Shown here piece after piece: positions 1-9,185 of a DNA stretch of 58,797 nt (the first letter of the stretch is position 1; each line of letters starts with the position of its first letter). Source of the DNA: a virus. Lineage: Duplodnaviria > Caudoviricetes. Below the pieces are notes generated by a model, which did no database searches, was not told where the DNA came from, and worked only from the letters and a program-made list of their open reading frames with translations. Made by a program: the position numbers and the translations under genes. The stretch spans positions 1 to 58,797 of the IMG/VR virus record IMGVR_UViG_3300048837_000207; one strand, written 5' to 3'.

Positions 1-477
1 GGCAAGTCGTGGGTACCCCACATCCTGCCGCTGCTCAACAGGTTCCCGCCGGGACCCATCACGGTGCTGGACTACGGCTGCGGGCGCGGCACGTTCAAGC
101 CTGCGATCGAGCCGCTGCACCCGGACGTGATCGTGAGCGAGTACGACCCCGGCGTCGTCGGCAAGGACGAGCTGCCGATGATCCCGGTGGACTACGTCGT
201 CTGTACCGACGTTCTGGAACACGTCGAGGAAAAGTACGTCGTGGACACGCTGCGCACGATCAACTGGCTGGCGATCAGTGGGGTGTTCTTCAACATCGAC
301 GTGGCGCTCTCGAAGAGCTTCCTCCCCGATGGGAGGAACACCCACATCACGATCAAGCCGACGAAGTGGTGGCGGGAAATGCTCGCCATGCACATCCCCG
401 ACATGGACTGGACGATCCACGAGGAGTCTCGCGGGCGCATCGTGATCAGCGGGTGGAGGAAGAAGCATGTCGAATAA
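1..477 (+). CDS. class I SAM-dependent methyltransferase (5' truncated at window edge)
   Basis: Frame is open back to position 1; motif I VLDYGCGRG and VCTDVLEHV are typical of Methyltransf_23-like enzymes. Confidence 0.85.
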   Translation, partial: GKSWVPHILPLLNRFPPGPITVLDYGCGRGTFKPAIEPLHPDVIVSEYDPGVVGKDELPMIPVDYVVCTDVLEHVEEKYVVDTLRTINWLAISGVFFNIDVALSKSFLPDGRNTHITIKPTKWWREMLAMHIPDMDWTIHEESRGRIVISGWRKKHVE

Positions 478-1099
478 GTTCGTCATCGGCGGCGGCTGGT
501 CCGTCAGCCAGTTCGTCGATCAGCTCGACGACCTGAAGTCGCTGGGGCACGTCATCGGCGTCAACGACGCATCGGTGCATCTCGACGTTCACGAGGCCAT
601 CACGATGGACCGGCTGTGGTTCGAGCATCGCTGGCCGGTGCTGCGCAAGCAGCACGTGCAGAAGGTCTGGGTGCGCGAGAAGTGCGACTGCAACGTCCCG
701 CGCAAGGACGAGCGCGACAACTGGCTCACGTTCAAGCACTTCAACAAGCCGGACCCGAGCATCACCGCTGGCGAACTGCACGGTGGGAACTCGGGCACCT
801 GCGCGATCAATCTCGCGTTCCAGCAGATGTCCGACGGTGACAACCTGTTCTTGTTTGGCTTCGACATGTGCAAGGGACCCAGCGACGAACCGTACTGGTA
901 CCCGCCGTACCCGTGGGCAAACCCCGGAGGCGCCACGAAGCCGGGGCACTTCAAGCAGTGGACCAACGATCTCGTCGGGTTCGCTCGCCACGCGAAGGTG
1001 AAACAGTTCAACGTGTACAACGTCTCGATACGCAGTCGCATCGAGCTGTGGCCGAAGCTCAGGTTTGACCAGATGCTGGAGATGATTCATGGTTTCTAA
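467..1099 (+). CDS. MptE/DUF115 (Maf)-like or sialyltransferase-fold protein, putative glycosyltransferase
   Basis: FVIGGGWS...IGVND...GGNSGTCAINLA...LFGFDM pattern; lies within the glycosyltransferase cluster. Confidence 0.55.
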   Translation: MSNKFVIGGGWSVSQFVDQLDDLKSLGHVIGVNDASVHLDVHEAITMDRLWFEHRWPVLRKQHVQKVWVREKCDCNVPRKDERDNWLTFKHFNKPDPSITAGELHGGNSGTCAINLAFQQMSDGDNLFLFGFDMCKGPSDEPYWYPPYPWANPGGATKPGHFKQWTNDLVGFARHAKVKQFNVYNVSIRSRIELWPKLRFDQMLEMIHGF

Positions 1100-1838
1100 G
1101 GTCCCTCCGCCGCCATTGACCGTGCGGATGATCTATCCGTACTACGAGAATCCGAAGATGCTGGAGCGGCAGGTCGAGAACTGGAACCGCTACAGCGGCG
1201 AGCTGCGCGGCGCACTGCGGGTCATCCTGATTGACGATGGCAGCACGAAGTATCCAGCCTACGACATCTTCAAGGACTGCAAGATCCCGAAGAAGCTCTA
1301 CCGCGTGACGGAGGACATCCCGTGGAACCAGCATGGTGCGCGTAACCTCGGAGCTAAGGTGGCCTGCAGGCCGGACGAGAACTTCTGGCTGTACATGTCC
1401 GACATGGACATCCTGCTCACCCCAGAGATGGCAAACGTCCTCTTTCGCAAGGAGCTGGATCCGGAGCACTACTACACGATGGAGCGCACGTTCCTCCCCG
1501 ACTGCCAGCGCCGCAAGTATCATTGCAACACCTTCATGGTGAAGCACTCGATCTACTGGGCGGTGAACGGCTATGACGAAGATTACTGCGGGACCTATGG
1601 CGGTGACGGGCCGTTTCTCCGGCAGATCAATACGCTCGCTCCACGGGTCCATCTCGATGATGTTCTCCTTTACGGCGTGGAGCGGGACGTTGTTCCAGAC
1701 GCGAATACGGATCTCCCGCGCAAGGAAGGCCATTTCGGAGACGAGTACCGACGACGCTTTAACCGAAAGCGTGCGACGGGCGATGAGAGGTCCAAGAACC
1801 CGATCCGCTTCAAGTGGGAGAAGGTAGAGCTGCCATGA
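1089..1838 (+). CDS. GT-A fold glycosyltransferase (GT2/GT7-like)
   Basis: ILIDDGS, GARNLG, DxD (SDMDIL), and VNGYDEDY..YGGD resembling the galactosyltransferase C-terminal motif. Confidence 0.85.
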   Translation: MVSKVPPPPLTVRMIYPYYENPKMLERQVENWNRYSGELRGALRVILIDDGSTKYPAYDIFKDCKIPKKLYRVTEDIPWNQHGARNLGAKVACRPDENFWLYMSDMDILLTPEMANVLFRKELDPEHYYTMERTFLPDCQRRKYHCNTFMVKHSIYWAVNGYDEDYCGTYGGDGPFLRQINTLAPRVHLDDVLLYGVERDVVPDANTDLPRKEGHFGDEYRRRFNRKRATGDERSKNPIRFKWEKVELP

Positions 1839-2557
1839 GTGACCTGAAGGTCGTCTGCTGGAAGTGGGCGCCGCCCGTCGGCTACCGTTCCGCGTTCACG
1901 CACGTGCAGGTGAACACCCTGCTCAGCATGGTCGGGCGGCAGTACAAGAAGCCGTTCGAGCTGATCTGCATCACGGACAACCCGAGGCACATCAGCTCCG
2001 AAGTCCGGATCATCCCCTTGGCGGAAGTCGAGGAGTTCGCGCACATCCCGTCGCCGCATGGCGGCCTGAACCCGGCGTGCTACCGACGGCTGTGGATGTA
2101 CGGCGACCACGCTCGGCAGATGATCGGGGAACGGTTCGTGTCGATCGACCTCGACGTGGTGCTGACCGGCGACGTGACCCCGGTGTGGGATCGTCCCGAG
2201 GACTTCATGATCTGGGGCGAGACGCTGCGCCGCACGCCGTACAACGGTTCGATGCAGCTCATGACCGCTGGCGCCCGACGGCAGGTGTACGATGACTTCG
2301 ATCCGGACAACAGCCCCCGCGATGCGCGGAAGGCCGGGTTCGACGGGTCAGATCAGGCGTGGATCAGTTACAAGCTCGGACCCCATGAGGAGCGGTGGAC
2401 GAAGGAGGACGGAGTATTCTCCTTCCGCCTCCACGTCAAACCGGAGGGGGGCCGCATGCCGAAGGGTGCGAGAGTCGTGTTCTTCGAAGGGCAGGTAGAC
2501 CCTTGGTCTCCATTCGCTCAGAAGCTTTGCCCTTGGATCAAGGAGCATTGGCGATGA
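1835..2557 (+). CDS. glycosyltransferase (GT-A, GT8-like)
   Basis: ATGA overlap with upstream stop; ICITD, DxD motif SIDLDVV, YNGS, SDQAWI. Confidence 0.75.
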   Translation: MSDLKVVCWKWAPPVGYRSAFTHVQVNTLLSMVGRQYKKPFELICITDNPRHISSEVRIIPLAEVEEFAHIPSPHGGLNPACYRRLWMYGDHARQMIGERFVSIDLDVVLTGDVTPVWDRPEDFMIWGETLRRTPYNGSMQLMTAGARRQVYDDFDPDNSPRDARKAGFDGSDQAWISYKLGPHEERWTKEDGVFSFRLHVKPEGGRMPKGARVVFFEGQVDPWSPFAQKLCPWIKEHWR

Positions 2558-2748
2558 GCGGTAGCCCCGCCGACCCGCTGGCGTTACTGGAGTGTGGTGA
2601 CTGCACCAGCATGGAGTTTCACCTGACCGTCAATGGTGGGGTGTACTGCGCCAAGTGCGACGGCAAGATCAACGCTCGCCTGATCTACAAGTTCCCGACT
2701 AAGTCCAGCTCGCCGCCGACGGACGCGGCCCCCTCGGGCGCGGCGTAG
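2554..2748 (+). CDS. small zinc-ribbon protein
   Basis: ATGA overlap; CGDC and CAKC pairs; 3' end overlaps terL on the opposite strand. Confidence 0.5.
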   Translation: MSGSPADPLALLECGDCTSMEFHLTVNGGVYCAKCDGKINARLIYKFPTKSSSPPTDAAPSGAA

Positions 2749-4096
2749 TGTCAGCGATCAACTGGGCGACGTAGTCCCCGAGCGCACCGAGCGCTGCGTA
2801 CTGCAGCGCGTCGGCCAGATCCGACCACGGGTGGGTCTTTTCCGGCTTGTCGTCCAGCTCCTTGGTCTGCTTCGACCGCTTGTAGCGGTAGTACGACTTC
2901 AGCGCCTGCACGAGCAGCGGGCAGTCGGTCCCGCTGATGAGCAGGCCGTTCATGCGCAGCATGACCTGCTCGGCGGCGCGGAGGCGCGGCTCCAGATCGT
3001 TCGTTGGCGCCGGGTAGGCCCGGAAGCCCAGCCGCTTCAGGCACTCGAACGGCGACTCCTCCCCGACCTGCGACTTCTGCCGCCCCGCCGGGTCCGCGAC
3101 CATGAAGATGCGAGATCCCGCATAGTGCGTGGAGATGAGCGGGCGCAGGACCGTCACGGCGAACTGCTCGATGCCCATCCCGTTTGAGATAGCTTCGCGG
3201 AACACCACCAGTCGCCCGGAGGCGTCCACCTGACAGAACAGGGCGGCGGGCGTGCGCCCGAAGTCCTGCCCGATCATGATCGGCATCAGCGTGTTGGCAC
3301 GCAGCGGTTCGTAGGTGACGTGAACGTCCGGCTTGAAGCTGGTGCGGAACACGGCCTGACCGGCGAGGCTCTTGCCGTACTTGGCGTGGACGTGGACATC
3401 GACCCAGTCCTCGGTGTTCGACTCGATCAGGGACTCGTAGTAGCCGTCCGGGAGGTTCTCACGGTTCTCGGCGGTCGGCTCCATGCCACCCGGCTGCTTG
3501 AACACTGCCCAGTTCGTTGGCAGGTCCACTTCCATCTTGATGTGCCACTCCGAGTCCTCGTCGGGCGGGTTCGACTCGCCGATGATGCCGAACCATGCGT
3601 TCTTGGCGACACCGAGCGGCCTGAAACGACCCACGCGACCCAGCAAGGCTTCCACAACTGAGATGGGAATCTCGCGGTACTCCGACACCCACCCGCCCGT
3701 GATGTTGAGCGAGAGCAGGCGCTGCTGGTCCTCTGGCTTGTCGAGAGGGATGAGCATCCACTCGGAGTGGATTTTCCCCTGCGTGGGGTGAACGAAGTCG
3801 AACACCAGCGTCGAGTCCGTGACCTTGTACTGGAACACGGGCTGGAGCCACTTACGGATGTCCTCCAGAATCGTCTGGCGGAGCTGCTGGGCAGTGTTGC
3901 GGACGATGACGAACCGCGTCCTACGGACCCCTCCGGCGTCCACATGCTCTTCCAGCATGCGCTTCGCCAGCTCCATGATGCACCCGGTGGTCTTGCCCGA
4001 GCCGTACGGCCCCAGAAGCAGACGGACCTTGGCTTTGTCGTTCAGCATGAACCGCGACACCGTTGGCGGGGCGCGGTAGGTCAGGGCGCTACTCAT
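2699..4096 (-). CDS. terL: terminase large subunit
   Basis: Walker A GPYGSGKTT, RRTRFVIVRNT, coupling motif ESNPP, nuclease motifs GQDFGRTPAA and SDLADALQY. Confidence 0.92.
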   Translation of the reverse strand: MSSALTYRAPPTVSRFMLNDKAKVRLLLGPYGSGKTTGCIMELAKRMLEEHVDAGGVRRTRFVIVRNTAQQLRQTILEDIRKWLQPVFQYKVTDSTLVFDFVHPTQGKIHSEWMLIPLDKPEDQQRLLSLNITGGWVSEYREIPISVVEALLGRVGRFRPLGVAKNAWFGIIGESNPPDEDSEWHIKMEVDLPTNWAVFKQPGGMEPTAENRENLPDGYYESLIESNTEDWVDVHVHAKYGKSLAGQAVFRTSFKPDVHVTYEPLRANTLMPIMIGQDFGRTPAALFCQVDASGRLVVFREAISNGMGIEQFAVTVLRPLISTHYAGSRIFMVADPAGRQKSQVGEESPFECLKRLGFRAYPAPTNDLEPRLRAAEQVMLRMNGLLISGTDCPLLVQALKSYYRYKRSKQTKELDDKPEKTHPWSDLADALQYAALGALGDYVAQLIADTTPRPRGPRPSAASWT

Positions 4097-4595
4097 CCGT
4101 GGAATGCTCCAGTGCAGGCTTGGCGTCAGACTCGATCTTCACTTCCCGATCGCCGATGACGATGTTCAGCGAGAAGGTGCCCCGGCCATCGCCTTCTTTG
4201 TCCTTCGCCTGTGAAGGACCCTTTCCAGCAAGCTGTGCGGAAACCTCGATCGCCTTGATGCGGGCCATCGACTGGGCGTCCTTGTCGTTAGCGATCTCGT
4301 CGAGGACCTTGAGGTTGTCCTCCAGCATCACGTCCGCTTTTAACTTAATGCGGTTCGCGGCGTTCATATCGCCAGCGAGGCGCTCGATCGCCTCTTTCAG
4401 CATCTGGCGAAAGATGGGGGCCTTTCGAAGGATCGACCACTGAGCCTCGGAGATCCCGTAACGCTCGCGGACGCCCTCTGCGTCTGACAATCCTGCAGCC
4501 AGCTCGGTGACGATACTGGCTTTCAGAGAGTCGATGGGGAGTGCCGTGTCAGTCCCCGGAAAAACGATGTTGGTATTCGGCGGTGGCCGAGCCAT
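4089..4595 (-). CDS. putative terminase small subunit
   Basis: Directly upstream of and overlapping terL; helical with HTH-like N-terminus and FSLNIVIG C-terminal strand; GAGGAG RBS. Confidence 0.6.
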   Translation of the reverse strand: MARPPPNTNIVFPGTDTALPIDSLKASIVTELAAGLSDAEGVRERYGISEAQWSILRKAPIFRQMLKEAIERLAGDMNAANRIKLKADVMLEDNLKVLDEIANDKDAQSMARIKAIEVSAQLAGKGPSQAKDKEGDGRGTFSLNIVIGDREVKIESDAKPALEHSTDE

Positions 4596-4660
4596 AGTTC
4601 ACTCCTCACATATTTCCCTTATACTACAGCAATCTAGCCCACGATTTGCAAGGGGACTCG

Positions 4661-4687
4661 ATGGCTGAGATGGAGTACGTGTCATAA
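4661..4687 (+). other. 8-codon micro-ORF (MAEMEYVS) whose TAA overlaps the ATA start of the next gene
   Basis: ATG at 4661 after AGGGGA; TAA 4685-4687 overlaps ATA 4684-4686. Confidence 0.4.
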
Positions 4688-5181
4688 CTACTATAGCCTA
4701 CCGAGACGGAGTTCTTGCTGCGGACTCGCGAGTCACGCATGGCGAGGACGGCTCCGCGAGGATCCACACTTGCAAGAAGCTCTTCCGTAAGACGATCACG
4801 CAGGGAAAGAAAACCTTCGATGTCGTCATCGCTACCGCTGGCGAATCATCCCCCGGCATGGTGTTCGTCGATTGGTACGGCACGGGCAAACCGATCCCCG
4901 ACATCTTCCTCCATCTCGGTGGAGACTTCACCTGCCTCGTGCTGACGCCACAGGGGCTGTTCGAATACGACGTGTACTGCCGCGCGGAGGAAGTCCTCGA
5001 TGACTTCTACGCAGTTGGCAGTGGCGCGAAGGTTGCACTCGGCGCGATGGCTTGTGGGAAGTCAGCGATCGAGGCCGTGCGGATCGCCGCACGCTTTGAT
5101 CCCTACACAGGGGGTCGCATCAACTCAGAAACGCTCGTCAGAGCGGAGGTAACTCGTGACCGCAAAAAAGTCGTCCGGTAA
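4684..5181 (+). CDS. HslV/proteasome beta-like Ntn-hydrolase peptidase (non-canonical ATA start)
   Basis: Frame reads (I)TTIAYRDGVLAADSRVT...YAVGSGAKVALGAM...DPYTGG, the N-terminal-Thr protease pattern; GGAG 8 nt upstream of ATA; in-frame TGA at 4666. Confidence 0.75.
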   Translation: MTTIAYRDGVLAADSRVTHGEDGSARIHTCKKLFRKTITQGKKTFDVVIATAGESSPGMVFVDWYGTGKPIPDIFLHLGGDFTCLVLTPQGLFEYDVYCRAEEVLDDFYAVGSGAKVALGAMACGKSAIEAVRIAARFDPYTGGRINSETLVRAEVTRDRKKVVR

Positions 5182-5446
5182 GGACGTGGATTCATTCCGC
5201 AAGCTTCACGACAAGAACTTCAAGGTCCCCCGCCAGATCAAGGCCGCGCTCGATGAGCTTGGCGATGCGTGGGAGTACGAAGGCGAATTCATGAAGCGGG
5301 CGGGCGTGTCGCAGACTGATTTTGCCCTGTTCCGCGACCAGTTTGCCGACCACTGGCTCGAAGCCCGCACACAGAGCCGGAACTCCAAGCGCGTGTGGTG
5401 CGGCACCGTGAAGTTCGCCAACAAGCTCCGGGAGTATGCGTCATGA
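5156..5446 (+). CDS. hypothetical protein
   Basis: GGAGG RBS, GTG start, overlaps both neighbours. Confidence 0.65.
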   Translation: MTAKKSSGKDVDSFRKLHDKNFKVPRQIKAALDELGDAWEYEGEFMKRAGVSQTDFALFRDQFADHWLEARTQSRNSKRVWCGTVKFANKLREYAS

Positions 5447-6513
5447 CCACTCGCAAGGGGATCGACGAGTTCCGGCAGGCGCACGACGACAGCGTCAAGC
5501 TCGCCGCCGCGAACGAGAAGCTCCGGATGCTGGAGGCGCAGCTCCTCACCGACGACTTCGTTCGCAACCAGATCCTCAAGGTCGTCAACTCCCCGTTCAT
5601 CATTCCGGAGTGGACCGTCAAGCCAGCGAAGAAGGTCTCGGACCTCGCTGGCGTACCGACGCTCTTCCTCTCCGACTGGCACTGGGGTGAAGTGGTCCGC
5701 CCGACCGAGATCGGCGGCGTGAACGCCTACGACATGACCATCGCCAAGCGCCGCGCCGAGACTGTCCTGAACGTGGCCACCGAGCTGCTCACGAAGCATC
5801 TCACGTCGGCGCACTACCCCGGCATCTGCCTGATCCTCGGCGGCGACATGCTCTCCGGGGACATCCACGACGAGCTGAAGGAGACCAACGAGGAACCGAC
5901 GACCGTCGTGTGGCTCGACCTTCTGGGCGTCCTGACCCAGATCATCTGCAGCCTGCAGGTGACTTTCGGGAAGGTGTTCGTCATCGGGGTCACGGGCAAC
6001 CACGGGCGGATGACCCACAAGCCCCGCGCCAAGCGGCGGAACCACTCCAACTGGGACTGGCTGCTGTATCAGGTTCTCCGCAGGAATCTGGAAGGCGACC
6101 GGGTGAACTTCCTGATCCCGGACGGCCCGGACGCCCTGTTCCGCCTGTACCACCATCGGTACATGCTGACCCACGGCGACCAGTTCCGGGGCGGCGACGG
6201 CATCATCGGTCCGCTCGGCCCGATCACCCGTGGCGACGTGAAGAAGCGGTCCCGGCAGGCGCAGGTCAACGCTGGGTACGACACCCTGCTCATGGGGCAC
6301 TGGCACCAGCTCATCCAGCTCGATTCCCTGATCGTGAACGGAAGCTTGAAGGGGTACGATGAGTACGCCGCGACGAACAACTTCAAGTTCGAGTCGCCCC
6401 GACAGGCGCTGTGGATCACCCACCCCGACCACGGGATTACCTTCTCGATGCCGGTCTACGCCGAGCGCCGCGACCGCGACGAGCGGGTGGAGTGGGCCTC
6501 AGTCCCGGCTTGA
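5443..6513 (+). CDS. calcineurin-like metallophosphoesterase / nuclease
   Basis: SDWHWGE, GGDMLSGDIH, GNHGR, THGD and GHWHQ motifs; ATGA overlap. Confidence 0.85.
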   Translation: MTTRKGIDEFRQAHDDSVKLAAANEKLRMLEAQLLTDDFVRNQILKVVNSPFIIPEWTVKPAKKVSDLAGVPTLFLSDWHWGEVVRPTEIGGVNAYDMTIAKRRAETVLNVATELLTKHLTSAHYPGICLILGGDMLSGDIHDELKETNEEPTTVVWLDLLGVLTQIICSLQVTFGKVFVIGVTGNHGRMTHKPRAKRRNHSNWDWLLYQVLRRNLEGDRVNFLIPDGPDALFRLYHHRYMLTHGDQFRGGDGIIGPLGPITRGDVKKRSRQAQVNAGYDTLLMGHWHQLIQLDSLIVNGSLKGYDEYAATNNFKFESPRQALWITHPDHGITFSMPVYAERRDRDERVEWASVPA

Positions 6514-6538
6514 CACACGGCTGGCATACCACGAGACT
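6510..6538 (+). promoter_or_regulatory. sigma70-like promoter upstream of portal
   Basis: TTGACA-N17-GAGACT followed by GAGGAG RBS. Confidence 0.45.
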
Positions 6539-6564
6539 ACTCTGAACGCAATTGAGGAGCCGCG

Positions 6565-8697
6565 ATGGCCGTACTTCCTGTTCCGCAGCCCGTAGGGGGC
6601 GGGGTCAACACCGGCAACCCCAATCGGGGACTGCTGCGCATCGTTTCCCCACAGGATCTGCAGCAGCAGGAGCGCCTCGCGTCGGAGGCTGCGGAGAAGC
6701 CTAACGACGACGCGCTTACCTCACAGCTTGCGTCACACATCCGCGCGCGAATGACCGAGATGCGGAACTTCCGCAATACGGAGCGCATCAGCGAGCGCCT
6801 GATCGACGCCCTGCGCTGCTACCGGGGCCAGTACGACCCCACGAAGCTGCAGGAAATCTCGAAGTTTGGCGGCAGTCAGGTCTACGCCCGCATCACCGGC
6901 ACCAAGTGCCGCGCCGCGACGGCCCTGCTCCGGGACGTATTCCTCGGCGGCGAGCGCCCGTGGGAGGTCGCACCGACGCCGGTCCCGACCATCCCGGACG
7001 ACATCACTGGCGCCATCGACCAGCTCGTCATGACCGAGGTCGTGGCGATGACCCAGATGGGGGCGCCACCGGATGAGGGGCAGATCGACGCTCGCCGCCG
7101 CCAGCTCAGGCAGCAGGCGGAGAAGGCGGCCAAGAAGCAGGCGAAGGACGAGGCGGCCCGCTCCACGGACAAGCTCGACGACATCCTTCGTGAGGGGAAC
7201 TTCTACGAGGCGTTCGCCGAGTTCCTCATCGACCTGCCGATTTTCCCGTTCGCCTGCATCAAGGGACCGGAGGTCCGGCGGGTGTCCCGCCTCAAGTGGG
7301 TAAACGGCAAGCCCCAGATGTCGCAGATCCCGCAGATGTTCTGGCGCCGGGTGTCGCCGTTCGATCTGTATTTCAGCCCCGGAGCCTCTGGCCCCCACGA
7401 GGCTGAGTTCGTCGAGCGCATCCGCCTGACCCGCTCCGACCTGCTGTCGGTGAAGGGCCTCCCCGGCTACCGGGACGACCAGATTGATCAGGTACTGGAG
7501 CGGTTCTCCGAGACCGGCTTCCGCGAGTGGTGGGACACGACCGACGCCGAGCGTGCCCGCATGGAGGACCGCGAGCGGTGGCCTCGCACACAGACTGGCC
7601 TCATCGACACTGCGGAGTTCCACGGATCGGTGCAGGGGTCTACCCTTATCGACTGGGGAATGCCCGCAGAGGATGTCCCTGACCCGCTTGCGGAGTACCG
7701 CATCACGGCGTGGCTGGTCGATCGCTTCGTCATCAAGGCCCAGATCAATCCGTCCCCGCGCCAGCGGCACCCGTACTACATGACCTCGTACGAGAAGGTC
7801 CCCGGCGCCATGATCGGCGAGGGCCTGCCGGACGTTCTCGACGACGTGCAGCAGGTGGTGAACGCCGCCCTGCGCAGCCTTGTGAACAACCTGTCGATCT
7901 CCAGTGGACCGCAGGTGGTCATCAACGACACCGTACTGCAGCCGGGAGAGGTCGATGACCTGTACCCGTGGAAGCGGTGGCACGTCAAATTCGACCCGAT
8001 GATCTCGGGGTCAACGAAGCCGATCGACTTCTACCAGCCGAATTCCAACGCGGATGTCCTGCTCAGCGTGTTCGAAAAGTTCAACGCGCTCGCGGACGAT
8101 GTCAGCTCGATCCCTCGTTACATGATGGGTAACGAGAAGGTGGGCGGCGCGGGCCGGACTGCTTCCGGTCTCGCCATGCTTATGGGCAATGCTGCGAAAA
8201 CTCTGCAGAACGTCGCCGCCACCGTGGATCGCGAGGTCATGGAGCCGCTGCTCTGTGACCTGTTCGACATGATCATGCTCACCAGCCCGGATGCGTTCCG
8301 TGGCGACGAGCAGATCGTCGTGAAGGGTGTAAACTACGCCCAGAAGCGCGAACAGGACCGGATGCGCCAGTTGGAGTTCCTGCAGCTCACCGGCAACCCG
8401 GTGGACCTGAACATCATCGGCATCCCCGGTCGTGCGAACGTCCTCCGCTCCGTGGCAAACAACCTCGGCCTCGACCACGAACGGGTCGTGCCGAGCGACG
8501 ACGATTTGCAGCAGATGATGGGAATGGGTCCTCCGGGCGCCCCCGGCCAGCCGCCGGGTGCCGCGCCGCCGGGGCAGACTCCAGCACCCAAGGACGAACG
8601 CGCTGGCCCCGAGAAGGCTCGACAGGAGCAGGGGACCGAGCAGATGTTCGCAGGCAATGGTCAGGCAGGTGGCGGGACACCCGCCGGAGGAAAGTGA
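6565..8697 (+). CDS. portal protein
   Basis: 710 aa, first gene of the head module; RVSPFDLY, GEGLPDVLDDVQ...NLSISSGPQ, RTASGLAMLM typical of podoviral portals. Confidence 0.85.
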   Translation: MAVLPVPQPVGGGVNTGNPNRGLLRIVSPQDLQQQERLASEAAEKPNDDALTSQLASHIRARMTEMRNFRNTERISERLIDALRCYRGQYDPTKLQEISKFGGSQVYARITGTKCRAATALLRDVFLGGERPWEVAPTPVPTIPDDITGAIDQLVMTEVVAMTQMGAPPDEGQIDARRRQLRQQAEKAAKKQAKDEAARSTDKLDDILREGNFYEAFAEFLIDLPIFPFACIKGPEVRRVSRLKWVNGKPQMSQIPQMFWRRVSPFDLYFSPGASGPHEAEFVERIRLTRSDLLSVKGLPGYRDDQIDQVLERFSETGFREWWDTTDAERARMEDRERWPRTQTGLIDTAEFHGSVQGSTLIDWGMPAEDVPDPLAEYRITAWLVDRFVIKAQINPSPRQRHPYYMTSYEKVPGAMIGEGLPDVLDDVQQVVNAALRSLVNNLSISSGPQVVINDTVLQPGEVDDLYPWKRWHVKFDPMISGSTKPIDFYQPNSNADVLLSVFEKFNALADDVSSIPRYMMGNEKVGGAGRTASGLAMLMGNAAKTLQNVAATVDREVMEPLLCDLFDMIMLTSPDAFRGDEQIVVKGVNYAQKREQDRMRQLEFLQLTGNPVDLNIIGIPGRANVLRSVANNLGLDHERVVPSDDDLQQMMGMGPPGAPGQPPGAAPPGQTPAPKDERAGPEKARQEQGTEQMFAGNGQAGGGTPAGGK

Positions 8698-8698
8698 G

Positions 8699-8959
8699 AT
8701 GAAGCCAATGGTTCGTGTGTACGCCGACGGCGGCAAGATCGTGGAGCGGGAGTACGGCGGTAATCCGACGTTCGGAAAGGCTGTCGCGGCCAATTTCGGC
8801 GTCGGCGACGGCTACAGCTACCGTCCGAAGAAGGCCGAGAAGAAGGCCGCACCGAAGGCCGCACCGAAGGAGAAGCCGCGCGAGATCAACGTCGGCAACG
8901 CCGTCGCTGAGTTCGGCAACGTGATGGCCAAGCGCAAGGCTGCTCTGGACGAAACCTGA
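8699..8959 (+). CDS. small basic virion-associated hypothetical protein
   Basis: Starts right after the portal stop; YADGG motif, Lys/Ala-rich. Confidence 0.6.
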   Translation: MKPMVRVYADGGKIVEREYGGNPTFGKAVAANFGVGDGYSYRPKKAEKKAAPKAAPKEKPREINVGNAVAEFGNVMAKRKAALDET

Positions 8960-8965
8960 GTCCTG

Positions 8966-8995
8966 TTGCAAACTGCACCGGACGGGCTGTAGACT
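8966..8995 (+). promoter_or_regulatory. sigma70-like promoter
   Basis: TTGCAA-N18-TAGACT in the intergenic gap. Confidence 0.35.
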
Positions 8996-9021
8996 TCAGT
9001 GAACGTGTGAGGAGTACGCAC

Positions 9022-9183
9022 ATGCAGAGCAAGTTTCTTGGGGACACGAAGGGCAATCGCGACCTGAACACCAACCGCTCGAAGGGCGGCGGTGGCAGCG
9101 GCGAGGGCCACGGCGGCAAGCCGAGTTCGAAGTTCATCGGTGAGACCAAGGGCAACCGCGATCTCCCGATCAAGCGGAGCTGA
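9022..9183 (+). CDS. 53-aa protein with internal repeat (absent from ORF track)
   Basis: GAGGAG RBS; MQSKFLGDTKGNRDL...SKFIGETKGNRDLPIKRS. Confidence 0.7.
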   Translation: MQSKFLGDTKGNRDLNTNRSKGGGGSGEGHGGKPSSKFIGETKGNRDLPIKRS

Positions 9184-9185
9184 TC

